This document shows, in pieces, positions 1 to 10,885 of a DNA stretch of 64,000 nt. The notes below the pieces were generated by a model that had not been told where the DNA came from, ran no database searches, and was given only the letters and a program-made list of their open reading frames with translations. A program made the position numbers and the translations under genes. This DNA is from a virus. Position 1 is the first letter of the stretch, and the number at the start of each line of letters is the position of its first letter. Where the stretch lies: positions 160,001 to 224,000 of the IMG/VR virus record IMGVR_UViG_3300028840_006907, one strand, 5' to 3'.

Positions 1-17
1 GTATAAAATATGCTTTA

Positions 18-548
18 TCATCTTTGGTCCATTTCATCATTAAGCCCTAACTTTTCAGAATATTCCTCAAAAAGAAATCTATGTTTATCACTTTTTGATA
101 AATTGTAGTCTTCCCAAATATCCTCTACTATAGATGTACCATAAAAACATATCCCTGCACAATTATTACTATTGTATTCGTTATAAATTTTCATACAATC
201 CTCACTCCACTCTATCAAATGACATCCTGCAGGAGGGGGAGGGAATGTTTCTACGAATTTTTTATAGTATCTGGATATTATTGGTAGTTTATTATATTCT
301 ACAATAATGTAGTCAAAAGTTGAAGCATGAATTAATCTTATCCATCCTGGAATTTTTTCATCTTTTACTGCATCCCATAATCGTTTATGATTTTTTTCAA
401 TTAACCATGTATCAAGATCACCTTTCTTTAAATATTTATTCCATATTGAATTCCATATGTAAGCGAGACCTCCCCAGGCATCCCTATATTCTTGATAGGT
501 CTCTACAAAGCCGTTTAATTCCGCTACTTTTAATTCTGTGTAACTCAT
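18..548 (-). CDS. hypothetical protein
   Basis: 176-aa ORF, no recognisable motif. Confidence 0.3.
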   Translation of the reverse strand: MSYTELKVAELNGFVETYQEYRDAWGGLAYIWNSIWNKYLKKGDLDTWLIEKNHKRLWDAVKDEKIPGWIRLIHASTFDYIIVEYNKLPIISRYYKKFVETFPPPPAGCHLIEWSEDCMKIYNEYNSNNCAGICFYGTSIVEDIWEDYNLSKSDKHRFLFEEYSEKLGLNDEMDQR

Positions 549-799
549 ACTTTTATGCTACCTGGTTCATTTTGTAAATGTCATATTTTAGGATTTTTCC
601 ATTCTTCCAGTTCTCTAATTTTTATTATTTGGTCAAGAGATAAATCTGTATATTCAGAAATACCAAATTTTTTCATATATTTTTTAACGACTTTGCCTCT
701 GGCTTCTAAAATTTTCTCAGTTTCTTCAGCCGCTTCTTTAGAACTAGTTGTATAATGTGTCTCACCGAATGGCGTTTTAATAGGATAATTCATTATTTT

Positions 800-1726
800 T
801 TACCTTTTATGTGTGAGTAATTTTACTTTTAGATTTTTAATATTTTCGTTTTTATTATCACTACTGATGATCTGTGATAATATATCGACAATACCTGGAT
901 TCTCCAGTTCCTGAACCATCATTTTACTTATCATACCATCAATAGAGATACAGCTATTGATTGTCATTTTTTTCATATTCTTGATATTATTCGCGTTGAC
1001 CACTTCAACGATGGTATTTATTTCACGTTTTATCTCTTCTTCAATGGATTCAATAAGGGTACCTATGACAAAGGTGCGCTCATCAGATCTAGGATCATGG
1101 GGATCATCTGCTATTACAAAAACAGCCTTACATTCTTTGACATTTGCTTTATGCAGAATATCCAGATCAGTAGGCATTCCCCTAATGAAAGAAATTTCAG
1201 TTTTAATATCTTCCGGAAGCTCTTCTAATTTTTCAGTTATTAGTACCATTTTACATTTAGAATATTTGGAAGTATTTTTTATTTCGTGAATGAAATATTT
1301 AATTTTCTTTTCATTGGGATATCCACAAAGGATAACATGATTTTTAAAGGCTATATCCATTAAGCCTCTCCTTTTCCTATTAATAAGATCGATTAATATA
1401 CTGGTTATAACACCGATTAAAGAGCCTATAATACCTATCCCAAGTATCATACAGGCATATGAAATGACAAACCGTCCTATAAAGGTTTTTGCATAAAAAT
1501 CCCCGTATCCTACGGTAGTCATTGTTACAATAGCCCACCAGATTGAATCCAGTAAAGAAATGTCTTGAGAGTCCCTTTCAACAAAATAGAAAGTAACTCC
1601 GAAGAATAGATTTAATACGGCAGCCAAACCTATTACGTATATTAAATCTCTTTTAAAGAGACTCCCAAAACGTAAAAATAATCTGAATATATTCATAAAT
1701 TTTATAATAGACCGTGGGAGAAACAA
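800..1726 (-). CDS. potassium channel with cytoplasmic RCK/TrkA-like domain
   Basis: Two hydrophobic helices flanking the K+ selectivity filter TTVGYGD, followed by a Rossmann-like stretch (HVILCGY) typical of RCK domains. Confidence 0.75.
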   Translation of the reverse strand: MFLPRSIIKFMNIFRLFLRFGSLFKRDLIYVIGLAAVLNLFFGVTFYFVERDSQDISLLDSIWWAIVTMTTVGYGDFYAKTFIGRFVISYACMILGIGIIGSLIGVITSILIDLINRKRRGLMDIAFKNHVILCGYPNEKKIKYFIHEIKNTSKYSKCKMVLITEKLEELPEDIKTEISFIRGMPTDLDILHKANVKECKAVFVIADDPHDPRSDERTFVIGTLIESIEEEIKREINTIVEVVNANNIKNMKKMTINSCISIDGMISKMMVQELENPGIVDILSQIISSDNKNENIKNLKVKLLTHKR

Positions 1727-1800
1727 CTTTAACTTTATATTTTTAATATTTAGCTTCGTTTATACGAAGAAGGGTAGATCCCCCACGGCTATGTTATTGA

Positions 1801-2448
1801 TTATAAATCATCATACCCTGGTAGATCTTGGCCTAATGCTTTTTCTGTTTCAGCATCAAGACTACCAGTAGGATCGGCACTTTGTTCAACAAGAGCATCA
1901 GAAGCATCTAACTCAGCTTGCATTTTTGCTTCTCTTTCCTTGAATTTAGCAACTGCTGACATGGAACTATCAGTATTTATTGTAGCAATGGCATCATTGG
2001 ATTTTTTAACTTCTTCCATTGTCTTCATGCGATCTATCGCACGTTTCATCGTGTCCAAATTTCCAGATAATGTAGTTACATTGCTCTCTTGCTTTTTATA
2101 AATGTTTTGATACTGTTCAAGACTCTTTTCCAGTGTCTGTAATTCGTTATCAAGTTCTAATTTAATAGCATATTGTTGTTTAGCCAGATCTTCATGTCCC
2201 GCCGTTTTTAATTTTTTTACTTTATCTATGCGACTAACAATTTCTTCTTTTTTAGTACTCACTTTTCTCTGTAAGCCCATTATTGAAGCTTTAGTATTTG
2301 CTAATCCAACTCTTGCTTTTTGAAAGTCCTCTTGTGCCTCTTCAATGTCTTGTTTAGCAAAAGCAATTCGATTTCCATCTTCAATTTTTTCTTCCACTTC
2401 GTTCATCTTTGCTTTACCAAATTTGAATATTGTTCCAAATAAACCCAT
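1801..2448 (-). CDS. PspA/IM30 (phage-shock protein A, ESCRT-III-like) family protein
   Basis: N-terminus MGLFGTIFKFGKAKMNEVEEKIED matches the PspA/Vipp1 start pattern, then long coiled coil. Start moved to the internal Met (2448), which has a GGAGGA Shine-Dalgarno 8 nt upstream; the track ORF start at 2469 lies inside that SD. Confidence 0.6.
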   Translation of the reverse strand: MGLFGTIFKFGKAKMNEVEEKIEDGNRIAFAKQDIEEAQEDFQKARVGLANTKASIMGLQRKVSTKKEEIVSRIDKVKKLKTAGHEDLAKQQYAIKLELDNELQTLEKSLEQYQNIYKKQESNVTTLSGNLDTMKRAIDRMKTMEEVKKSNDAIATINTDSSMSAVAKFKEREAKMQAELDASDALVEQSADPTGSLDAETEKALGQDLPGYDDL

Positions 2449-2452
2449 TATC

Positions 2453-2857
2453 TTATCCTCCAATTTCACTAATTTTTTTGATATTTTGACTAACTGTTAA
2501 GACCATCGATACAATTGACGCCTGCAATTCGTTAGAATCAAGGTTTGCGATTTCCAAGACATCTTTAAAAATGATTTTACCTTTACTTGTGTCCCATCCG
2601 AACCCACCGTGAACTGCTTCATCAGCATTTAGCTTTAATAGCAACTCACCAAATTCTTGTGATACTCGTTCGGCTGGACAAATATCCATGAGGAAAATTA
2701 TTGTTGTTTCCTCAACGTCAATAATTACTTCGAGCCCGGTATCGGGTTCGGTTACCAAGAAGATATCATCGGTTTTTTGTTCCGTATCGAAATCTCCTAA
2801 TTCTGTCAACATTTCGAAAACTTTAATTCCGTTTTCAATTTCTTTTTGACTTGCCAT
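2453..2857 (-). CDS. hypothetical protein
   Basis: 134-aa acidic ORF immediately upstream of PspA-like gene. Confidence 0.3.
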   Translation of the reverse strand: MASQKEIENGIKVFEMLTELGDFDTEQKTDDIFLVTEPDTGLEVIIDVEETTIIFLMDICPAERVSQEFGELLLKLNADEAVHGGFGWDTSKGKIIFKDVLEIANLDSNELQASIVSMVLTVSQNIKKISEIGG

Positions 2858-2888
2858 GATTTTTTATTCCTTTTTTATTTGTTATTTG

Positions 2889-3455
2889 TTATCTCATTGA
2901 AAGAATACTTACTTCGTGTTCTTTCACTTGACATCCATACCATATTTCTAGATATTCGTCATCATCACTACCTGACCATTCCAGAAATGCTATTGGATTA
3001 TTAATTTCACTATTCGTACCATATTCACAGATATGTAATGGCTCTCCTTCTTCTCCATTAACTTCAATTTCAACACCGAAAATAGGGGAAGATTTTTGAA
3101 TCCATGTTATATCTTCACCATCAAGTGTAATCTCGAAGTCATGTTCAAAATCTTCTCCATCTTCATCAATAATAGCTCCATAATAATCTGAAGCATCACC
3201 TTCCTGATCCAGATAGAATAATAAGATGTCAGTTACATTATCTACTTTCCGGATCATCAGCATATATTTACGTTTATCCGGAGCTATGACGATATAAGCA
3301 GTATAAGTGAAAAGATCACTTGGTTCGTGATAAATACGTACCTCTTCGATTTTGAAATCCACTCCATCACTAGCTTTAAAAGTAGCAATGGTTTGTAAAT
3401 CGGAGAGGGTCATAATATCACCTTCTCTGTGACCTAGTAATTCTTTTATTTCCAT
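2889..3455 (-). CDS. hypothetical acidic protein
   Basis: 188-aa ORF, D/E-rich. Confidence 0.3.
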   Translation of the reverse strand: MEIKELLGHREGDIMTLSDLQTIATFKASDGVDFKIEEVRIYHEPSDLFTYTAYIVIAPDKRKYMLMIRKVDNVTDILLFYLDQEGDASDYYGAIIDEDGEDFEHDFEITLDGEDITWIQKSSPIFGVEIEVNGEEGEPLHICEYGTNSEINNPIAFLEWSGSDDDEYLEIWYGCQVKEHEVSILSMR

Positions 3456-3456
3456 C

Positions 3457-4296
3457 TTAACTACCGCCCTTCATTTTAGTTATAATTACGCCAACTATTA
3501 CAGCGACAACTATAAATCCAATAAAAAGAAGAATGTACAGAACTATTTTTGCATCATTTTCATTTGTAGGTTTTCGATCTACATGTACGACTTGTGGTGT
3601 TTGTACATGTTGTACACGAGGAGTAGTTAAAGCAGTTAAAACGAGGGCATCAACAAGAAAATCATCATCGTCATAGACAACAAAAACCCCTGAGCTATTA
3701 CGATAACCGTATCTGCCATTATAAAAGTCAGTTTCATACCGTTGCCCGTTAATTTCACGGTATCTAGGAACATGATCTGGCATTACGTCAGGTTCTTTAT
3801 CATATGTTTGATTACTTAAAGATTTTCGATAAGCTGTTTCAGCTTCTTTTTTAGATTTAAAAGTTTTTCCTTTTAAAGCCTTGTGTTTTGACAGCTTTTT
3901 ATCAACAGCACTTTTCTGGGAAGCATTAAGTTTAGGAACAGTTGTAGTCTGATTTTTACTAGTTCCATCCTTTCCCTTTATAGTACTTGAACCGGTAGGT
4001 CGTGTTAAAGATGACTTGGTATTAGTACCTGTATTATTTTTTAATTCTGCAGCTTTTTTCTCAGCTTCTAATCGCTTTTTCTTTTCTGCTGCGGTTTCAA
4101 CTTTCTTCTTATCATCTTTTTTCTTTACTTTTGATGTCCCGGTAGGACGGGTAACTTGTTTCTTTTCTTGTTTCTTTTTGCTATCGCCACTCTTGCTACT
4201 ACCGGATTTTGATTTAGATTTTGCAGCATAAACATCATCAATTCCGGCACCAGAAACCAAAAGTGAAAGAAATAGAATTATAAAAATTCTTTTCAT
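3457..4296 (-). CDS. secreted/membrane-anchored lysine-rich low-complexity protein
   Basis: N-terminal signal-peptide-like segment (MKRIFIILFLSLLVSGAG), long K/S/T-rich region, C-terminal hydrophobic helix. Confidence 0.4.
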   Translation of the reverse strand: MKRIFIILFLSLLVSGAGIDDVYAAKSKSKSGSSKSGDSKKKQEKKQVTRPTGTSKVKKKDDKKKVETAAEKKKRLEAEKKAAELKNNTGTNTKSSLTRPTGSSTIKGKDGTSKNQTTTVPKLNASQKSAVDKKLSKHKALKGKTFKSKKEAETAYRKSLSNQTYDKEPDVMPDHVPRYREINGQRYETDFYNGRYGYRNSSGVFVVYDDDDFLVDALVLTALTTPRVQHVQTPQVVHVDRKPTNENDAKIVLYILLFIGFIVVAVIVGVIITKMKGGS

Positions 4297-4313
4297 AATA
4301 ACCTTCCATTTAA

Positions 4314-4338
4314 AAGTGATGGGGGCTAATGAGCCCCC
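4314..4338 (-). terminator. GC-rich hairpin (GGGGGCT/AGCCCCC) followed on the minus strand by a U-rich tract; possible intrinsic terminator or attenuator after the flotillin-like gene
   Basis: Perfect 7-bp GC-rich stem with 4-nt loop in an AT-rich background, just 3' of the stop at 4344. Confidence 0.4.
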
Positions 4339-4343
4339 TTTGC

Positions 4344-6209
4344 TTATGACGCTTCGACTTCTTCTATGAATTCTTGCTCTGCAGGTTCTGGAACTGGTTC
4401 TGTTACCTGTTCTTCGACCTGGGGAGATTCTTTAGGTTTTGTGGAAGTCATCATATTAGACACATTCTTCACTACATTTGGAAGATTATCACCTAATCCT
4501 GCTTCTTTTAATAATTGATCTACAACAGGAGCCTGAGCGCGATATCCAAGAAGTTGATCCAATAAAGATTGAGTAGAAAAACCTCCTGCAGACATTTTTG
4601 ACCCACCGTTACCATTACTATGGCCATTGCTACCGGTCAAACCTGATACGTTGATAACTTTGAAAGCTTCAATTTTTTCAAGGGGTTTTACACTGGATTC
4701 AATTACTGCTGATATGTGTTCAATTATTTGGAGTTTTACACGCATATCAACAATGTCTTTAGAGAGCCTGTTTTCAGCTTCATTGAGTTTTTCCTGACCT
4801 TCAGCTTCGACTTCGTATTTTCTTTCATCGGCATCAGCTTGAATTTTGATAGCCTCAGCTTTGGCTTTGGCTTCAATTTTGATAGCCTCAGCACGATCTT
4901 GAGCTGCTTCTTTTTCAGCCTGTGCAAGAACTTTAATTTTGGCTGCATCTGATCCGGCTACTTCTTCAGCTCTAATAATTGTAATTTCTCTGGCACGATT
5001 AGCAATTTCTTTTTCACGAGCGGTGGTTACTTTTTCCTCTGCAGAAATAGCGAGTGCTCTAGCTTCATTTGCTTCCTGATCAGCCAAAGAGGTTTCTTTA
5101 GATTTATTAGCAACTTCAATATCTCTTTCCTGTTCAGCAAGTTTTATTGCTTTCTGTTTTTCGATGGTAGCTGACTCTACTGCTTGTTCTTTAACAATAG
5201 TAGCTGATTCAATTGCTTGTTCTTTTTCAATATTGGCTTCTTGTAAAGCTTTTTCTTTTATAATATTTGCTTCGGCAATGGCTTGTTCTTTTCTAATATT
5301 CTGTTCTTCAAGAGCTTTGGTAGTTTCGATTGTTTTCTTTTTAACTTCTTTTTCAGATTCTATCCTTGCTTCTTGGGCTATCTTATTTTGTTCAGCATTA
5401 AATTTTTCTTTTGTGGCATTTTCTTCTGCTGTCCTAGTAGCAATTTCACGTTCTTGTTCAAGTCTAGAATACTCTTTTTCTTTATTAATTTTTAAAGTCT
5501 GTTGTTCAGCTTGAAGATTTTTTGTTTCAATTTTTACTAGATTATCTCTTTCAATCTCATTACGTTCTTTTCTACGCTCTTCGATGATTCTAGTTAATGC
5601 TGTCAATCCCTCAGCATCAAAAGCATTATTCTCATTGAAGTGCTCTCTACTGGTTTGATCAAAACCTGTAAGTGACACAGTTTCAAGCTCTAAGCCATTT
5701 TTCTTAAGGTCTTCCAGAACATTGTTTTGGACTTTTTGCACAAAATCAGCACGTTGCTCATGCAGTTCTCTCATTTGCATTTGAGCAGCAACAGCTCTTA
5801 AGGCGTCAACGAATTTACCTTCAATAAGTTCACGTAGTTTCTCTGGGTCAAGAGTGCGGTCACCAAGAGTTTGAGCGGCATTTGCTATGGAATCAGCTTC
5901 TGGTTGTACCCGCATATAAAACTCTACAAGAACGTCAACTCTCATACGATCTTTTGTAATTAATGCGTCCTTTTCATTTCTTCTTACCGGTAATTTTAAA
6001 GTACTAAGTTTTACCCAGGTTATTTGATGAAGTACAGGTAATACTACTGCTCCACCTTCTTTTATAACTTTTTTCTTGCCCATACCAGTACGGACAAAAG
6101 CCATATCAGATGAAGCTTTTACGTACATCCTAGCAATAATTAATCCTATAACAATTAGTGCCACTAGGATTATACCTGCCATAATTAAAATAGGCATAAG
6201 GTTTTCCAT
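4344..6209 (-). CDS. SPFH/band-7 (flotillin-like) protein with long repetitive coiled coil
   Basis: N-terminal TM helix then SPFH-domain-like sequence (VRTGMGKKKVIKEGGAVVLPVLHQ...), long E/K/A-rich coiled coil with internal repeats (EKEQAIESATIVKEQAVESATIEKQKAI). SD AAAGGGA upstream of start. Confidence 0.7.
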   Translation of the reverse strand: MENLMPILIMAGIILVALIVIGLIIARMYVKASSDMAFVRTGMGKKKVIKEGGAVVLPVLHQITWVKLSTLKLPVRRNEKDALITKDRMRVDVLVEFYMRVQPEADSIANAAQTLGDRTLDPEKLRELIEGKFVDALRAVAAQMQMRELHEQRADFVQKVQNNVLEDLKKNGLELETVSLTGFDQTSREHFNENNAFDAEGLTALTRIIEERRKERNEIERDNLVKIETKNLQAEQQTLKINKEKEYSRLEQEREIATRTAEENATKEKFNAEQNKIAQEARIESEKEVKKKTIETTKALEEQNIRKEQAIAEANIIKEKALQEANIEKEQAIESATIVKEQAVESATIEKQKAIKLAEQERDIEVANKSKETSLADQEANEARALAISAEEKVTTAREKEIANRAREITIIRAEEVAGSDAAKIKVLAQAEKEAAQDRAEAIKIEAKAKAEAIKIQADADERKYEVEAEGQEKLNEAENRLSKDIVDMRVKLQIIEHISAVIESSVKPLEKIEAFKVINVSGLTGSNGHSNGNGGSKMSAGGFSTQSLLDQLLGYRAQAPVVDQLLKEAGLGDNLPNVVKNVSNMMTSTKPKESPQVEEQVTEPVPEPAEQEFIEEVEAS

Positions 6210-6244
6210 TTGTTAAATCCCTTTCAGTTGATTTTTTAATTTAA

Positions 6245-6949
6245 TTAAAGTTCATTTTCGATACATCTAAATGTACCGTCTTTCTCCTTTCGAATTATTA
6301 AGACCTCATCACCAGCTTTAAATTCAGCGTCATCTTCTTCGGGTTCCAGGTAAACAAGATGTTGCTGTCCGTGTTTATCTTTAAGCCGTGCTTCAGCTCT
6401 AAGACCTCTTTTTGTACTACCAACAGTAATAGTTGCAAGGGTTCCAATAAATTCATCAGATGAGACCGCAGTGCTCTCATCTTTGAATGCAATATGACTG
6501 CATAATTTTGATATATAACGTGATATCAAAATCGAAAGAACAAAAGAGGCTGGCACAATTATAAACCATGGAAAGTAATGACTAGTATATTTTTTTATAT
6601 AAAATTGACCTATTAGACCTATACCGGAGAATGAAGATAAAAATATGATGAAGTAAACGAGCATCGGTACTTTTCCTTTCACCCAAATAAATAGCTTGGA
6701 TAAAGCAGGAACACTTGCTCCTTCTCCTACATCAGCTTCTACATCTACATCTGCGTCAGCATCTATGTCAATTTCAATTTCAGGTACGTCTATATCTGGT
6801 ACATCTACGTCAGCATCAAAATCTGGAATTAATCCATCTAGGAAACCAGAGATCACTCCGGATGAGAGTACTTCTAATAAAAAAATTAATACTAACAATA
6901 CTAATGCTACTGAAAAGGCCGTATTTTCAGTAGAAAGAAAGAGTTCCAT
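6245..6949 (-). CDS. NfeD-like membrane protein (SPFH partner)
   Basis: Hydrophobic helices, acidic DV/DI repeat, C-terminal short beta-rich domain (GDEVLIIRKEKDGTFRCIE) as in NfeD OB-fold; directly upstream of the SPFH gene. Start set at internal Met with AAGGAAG SD. Confidence 0.5.
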   Translation of the reverse strand: MELFLSTENTAFSVALVLLVLIFLLEVLSSGVISGFLDGLIPDFDADVDVPDIDVPEIEIDIDADADVDVEADVGEGASVPALSKLFIWVKGKVPMLVYFIIFLSSFSGIGLIGQFYIKKYTSHYFPWFIIVPASFVLSILISRYISKLCSHIAFKDESTAVSSDEFIGTLATITVGSTKRGLRAEARLKDKHGQQHLVYLEPEEDDAEFKAGDEVLIIRKEKDGTFRCIENEL

Positions 6950-7076
6950 TTTACTTCCTTCTTTGTAATTTGTAAATCTTATGGTTTTGGTTAATAGTGT
7001 ATTGAGACTTTTATGGTTAAAGGATTGGTTATTGCTATATTGTCCTCCTTTCAATTATTTAATTGAATATATTTAT

Positions 7077-7970
7077 TTAAGCAGCTCTACTCATATTATA
7101 TATGTTACCCATTTTTCTAAATTCTTCTTCGTCAATTTGAATCATGTTAAGGAATGCAATGACGTTATCAGTAGGTGGTATATTAGAATCTTTGATCCGT
7201 ACACAAACTTCCTCAATAATTTTTCCAGCTTTCCATACTCTGGTATGCGACCGGTTTCTATATACCTGATAGATTTTACCACTCTGCCCCTTTACCAGGA
7301 CAAAACCGTATTTGATGTATTTTCTAAATTCAGCTTCAGTGATCTCTTCGCGTAGGGTTTCGATTGCAATCTGTTCATTCTCAGGAATATTGCTTATAGG
7401 ATTGGCTCTTGATCTGATATTTATAGCTAAGTTTCTTCTGAAGTTATCTTTGATTTGCTGTCTCTTGATCTCTTTTTGTATTTCACTATAATTATCATCA
7501 CCTTTAAAGGTGAGAGTAGGCCAACTTATATAACCATCAATATTTGGATATTCTATAATGTACTTTGATGGATCGTAAGTATATTGAGCTGAATCTACAA
7601 CTCTTATTTCAGCCCCACTTGTTGCTGATCTTGTGGTAGGACTGTAATAAATTTCTGTTTTGGTAGCTGTACCTGTCCCTTGATAGACAGCATTGGTAGA
7701 CCCTGTGTCAAATATACAATTTCCAGATATTTTAATGGTAGATCCCGTGCTTCCACTATAGATATAATTAGCTGCTGATCCCGATGTAATATTGATCCTA
7801 GTAGTGTTAGCAGTACTACTTGTTGATACCAAGGCATCATATTCCGAGTATCTATCAGAGGTAATTGTACTGTTAGGGAAATAATCATTATTATTGTTTG
7901 CTCCACTTGGAGGATAATATAGGTATTTATCAGAAAATTCGAAAGTAGCTGGTGTAGCCATTATCAGCAA
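7077..7970 (-). CDS. hypothetical protein, S/T/G-rich N-terminal half
   Basis: 297-aa ORF. Confidence 0.3.
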   Translation of the reverse strand: MLIMATPATFEFSDKYLYYPPSGANNNNDYFPNSTITSDRYSEYDALVSTSSTANTTRINITSGSAANYIYSGSTGSTIKISGNCIFDTGSTNAVYQGTGTATKTEIYYSPTTRSATSGAEIRVVDSAQYTYDPSKYIIEYPNIDGYISWPTLTFKGDDNYSEIQKEIKRQQIKDNFRRNLAINIRSRANPISNIPENEQIAIETLREEITEAEFRKYIKYGFVLVKGQSGKIYQVYRNRSHTRVWKAGKIIEEVCVRIKDSNIPPTDNVIAFLNMIQIDEEEFRKMGNIYNMSRAA

Positions 7971-8338
7971 TCCTTTAAATGATTAATAAGTTTTTGTTTG
8001 ATACTACTACTGTTGTCAAGAAGGAATATGTTAAATTTACCTTGTTTTTTAATTAAACATAGACTGGTCTTAGTATTGCCTTGAATTTCTACCATGCCCT
8101 CTTTCTTTTTGAGTGCGTTAAAAGATTCCTCAACTTCCTTTTTTAAATCTTCCAAATCTAATTCAAATTTTATACTTCTGGAATCATCATGGAAATGGAT
8201 ATCTCCATTATTTACATGTATTCTTAGACCTGAAATTGTATCTTCGTTTGTACCACCCATAGTATTTTAATCCCTGTTTTATGGTCACCGGAGAAAGGTT
8301 GAAGCCCTCTCCGATGGTTCAAATTTATATAACTGCAA

Positions 8339-9160
8339 TTAAGCAGCCATGTTTTTTTGTTCTTCTAATTGATTTATTTTCATAAATATTTGTAAGGCTT
8401 TAGCGACTTCATCTATCCCCCAGAGTTCATAGTCCAGAAATTTAATCATGTCTGTTGGATCAGATCCGAGGATAGCAAAGGAATAAAGAATACCTGGCAT
8501 AATTGTCCCTATATCCCGAATGTAAAATTCCATGTTATTCTGACCATAGAATTCTCTTTTAATATCTGCTTCCATAACCCCTGTATCCATATATTTTGTA
8601 GCGCACCAAGCTACATGGTTGCCGTGTAATATATGTCTCATTTCCTCTGAATTAGCATTCTTTAAAGCAGCCGTTAACATATTTAAGACAGCTTTTTCAG
8701 TGTAGAGCACATCTTTTGAACCAAGAAAAGAGGAAATACTTTTAGCTAAAGACATAGTTGCTGTCTCGTTACTTATTCGGGCCTTTTCCGGTAAATCCTC
8801 AAATTTAACATAATTAGGATTCCACACTTTTTCTATTGGTTCAGCATCCGATTGAATACCTAAAGCTAACATCGCTTCTTTGGACAGATCTCTGACAAAA
8901 ACAGCATTTTTTTCTTTTCCTGTAAATGTGTAATCTCCCATTGGACCTCCTCCATACTCTATTCTGTACGTATCGCCAATTGGAAAAAAACCTCGGAAAG
9001 GATGATCTGGATTTTTTAAAAGTTTGGTTTGTCCTTCATACCATAATTGGTGAGGTAGGCGAGATGGTATGGCCATATTTTTGAGAAGATAGAGATAAAA
9101 GGCACTCCCACTTCCCGGAATACTACTCGCATTTTTTGTAGGATAATATCCCATAATCAC
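8339..9160 (-). CDS. hypothetical protein
   Basis: 273-aa ORF, no motif recognised. Confidence 0.3.
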   Translation of the reverse strand: MIMGYYPTKNASSIPGSGSAFYLYLLKNMAIPSRLPHQLWYEGQTKLLKNPDHPFRGFFPIGDTYRIEYGGGPMGDYTFTGKEKNAVFVRDLSKEAMLALGIQSDAEPIEKVWNPNYVKFEDLPEKARISNETATMSLAKSISSFLGSKDVLYTEKAVLNMLTAALKNANSEEMRHILHGNHVAWCATKYMDTGVMEADIKREFYGQNNMEFYIRDIGTIMPGILYSFAILGSDPTDMIKFLDYELWGIDEVAKALQIFMKINQLEEQKNMAA

Positions 9161-9615
9161 ATACTCCTTTATGATTTAAATGTATGTTTATGTTATTTAT
9201 GACTAACTTTTTCCAAGCATCTCCTCTTCACACTTAGAAAAAAGTTGTTTTCTATTCTTAAAATACAGATTCCACTAGTTTAAAAAAGAATTGTGAACTC
9301 TGTTTTATATATTCAGACCCTTCCCGTAAAACGAAAGGCATTTTCTTCTCAAAATCTTCTAAAATATCTTTAGCTTTCTTTTTATCTTTCCCCATTACAG
9401 TGATCATAATATTATATGAATCACCATCAGGAGTTCTGACTATGCAATCTCTTTGGGATATTAAAACCATTAATGAATCTGAAGGTGTAGCTCCTTTTAC
9501 ACGTAAAGCGTATTTTTTTACTCCTGGAAATCCTAAAGAAAGTTCAAAGAAGTCATTGGAATAACGTTCTATGTGTTCTCTAATATCATCATTAACAGTA
9601 CCGACTTTTACAGCA

Positions 9616-10002
9616 TTATCTTCCATTCTGGCGTTCCTTTACAACTATTAATTTTGCTTCTTCCCAATTTTCCTGAAAGAATTCTCCAATACCTTTAAAA
9701 ATGAAATACAGAGATACTATAAGAGTCCCTATAGAAAGTATTTGCATTCCTAGAAAAGTACTTTGAAATAAGAAATGGTATCTAGGTAAAGAATCTACAG
9801 CCAATGCTATGAAATTATTTGAATAAACTAAATTGCTTGAATGAAGAAATCCGAGAATGATTGAACCTATAATAGTTGCCCCTATTAATACACTTAACAG
9901 AAATAAGGAAACGTATTTATACATTTTTACCGTTGCTTCACCAAAAAATAATTCTGTTATTTCTTGGAATTTCAATCTGAGAAATATTTGGAAGGTTCTC
10001 AT
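9616..10002 (-). CDS. small membrane protein
   Basis: 128-aa ORF with several hydrophobic helices. Confidence 0.3.
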   Translation of the reverse strand: MRTFQIFLRLKFQEITELFFGEATVKMYKYVSLFLLSVLIGATIIGSIILGFLHSSNLVYSNNFIALAVDSLPRYHFLFQSTFLGMQILSIGTLIVSLYFIFKGIGEFFQENWEEAKLIVVKERQNGR

Positions 10003-10885
10003 ATTTTATCCTTTCGCGGTTTTGGGTACCATTAGAATTTCTTCGGCATCAACATCAAATTCAACAATTTTACGGTTTCTTTTACCATCCCTATCTACGC
10101 TATAAGCTTTCCATCCATCTTTTAACAATTGATTGAATCGTTCTTTAGCTTGTTTGGCTTCAATACCATCGTCTTTATCCCATACTATTCTTTCATCACC
10201 TTTTTGATTGAGGATTTTCATTTCATGCTTTTTAGTTACCTTTTTGGCTAGTACAACTATTTCTTCTAATGCTGGGTTAAATCTTTCGATAATAGCCGTT
10301 TTGCTTTCATTGGTAAATTGATAACCTTGTCTTTTATATCTCATAAACATAGTTTTGGCTTGATCGATTTGTTTTAAATGAGTTTTATCCCACATGATGC
10401 GAGTGTCTAAGACGAGTTCCATTATTTACCTCCCTTTTTCTTGGTCTTCTTTGCGATGCCTATTATACTTTTTAGTTTAGCCATCATACTGAATTCTGGC
10501 CTCTCTAGTGAAATGACTATATCACCATCTTTACAGGTAAATATGAGTGTATCATTATCCCCTGAACCAGGAATTTTTTTAACATCATCTTCTTTAAGAG
10601 AATTCAGATCAAGTTCATTGATGGCATCTTCGAAAAGGTCACAATCTTTTTTAAAGAGGAGTTTACCATCAGTGATATGGACAACACCACGTTTGAAAAC
10701 TTTGTAAGTAAGGCCACTTATTTTTCCCTCTTCTACGACATTTTGCTCTCTAGATTTTTTAGAGACTTTTCTCTTCGATTTAAATTCGAGGACATTCTTT
10801 TTTTTATTCATAATCAACCCTCATCAATAATAATTACTTTATGTATTAGCTTCATTACAATTACAATATCTATGTTTATTTATAA

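Noticed and set aside
4716-5514. Several plus- and minus-strand ORFs (70-116 aa) inside the flotillin-like gene
   Set aside because: Artefacts of the repetitive, low-complexity coiled-coil coding sequence.
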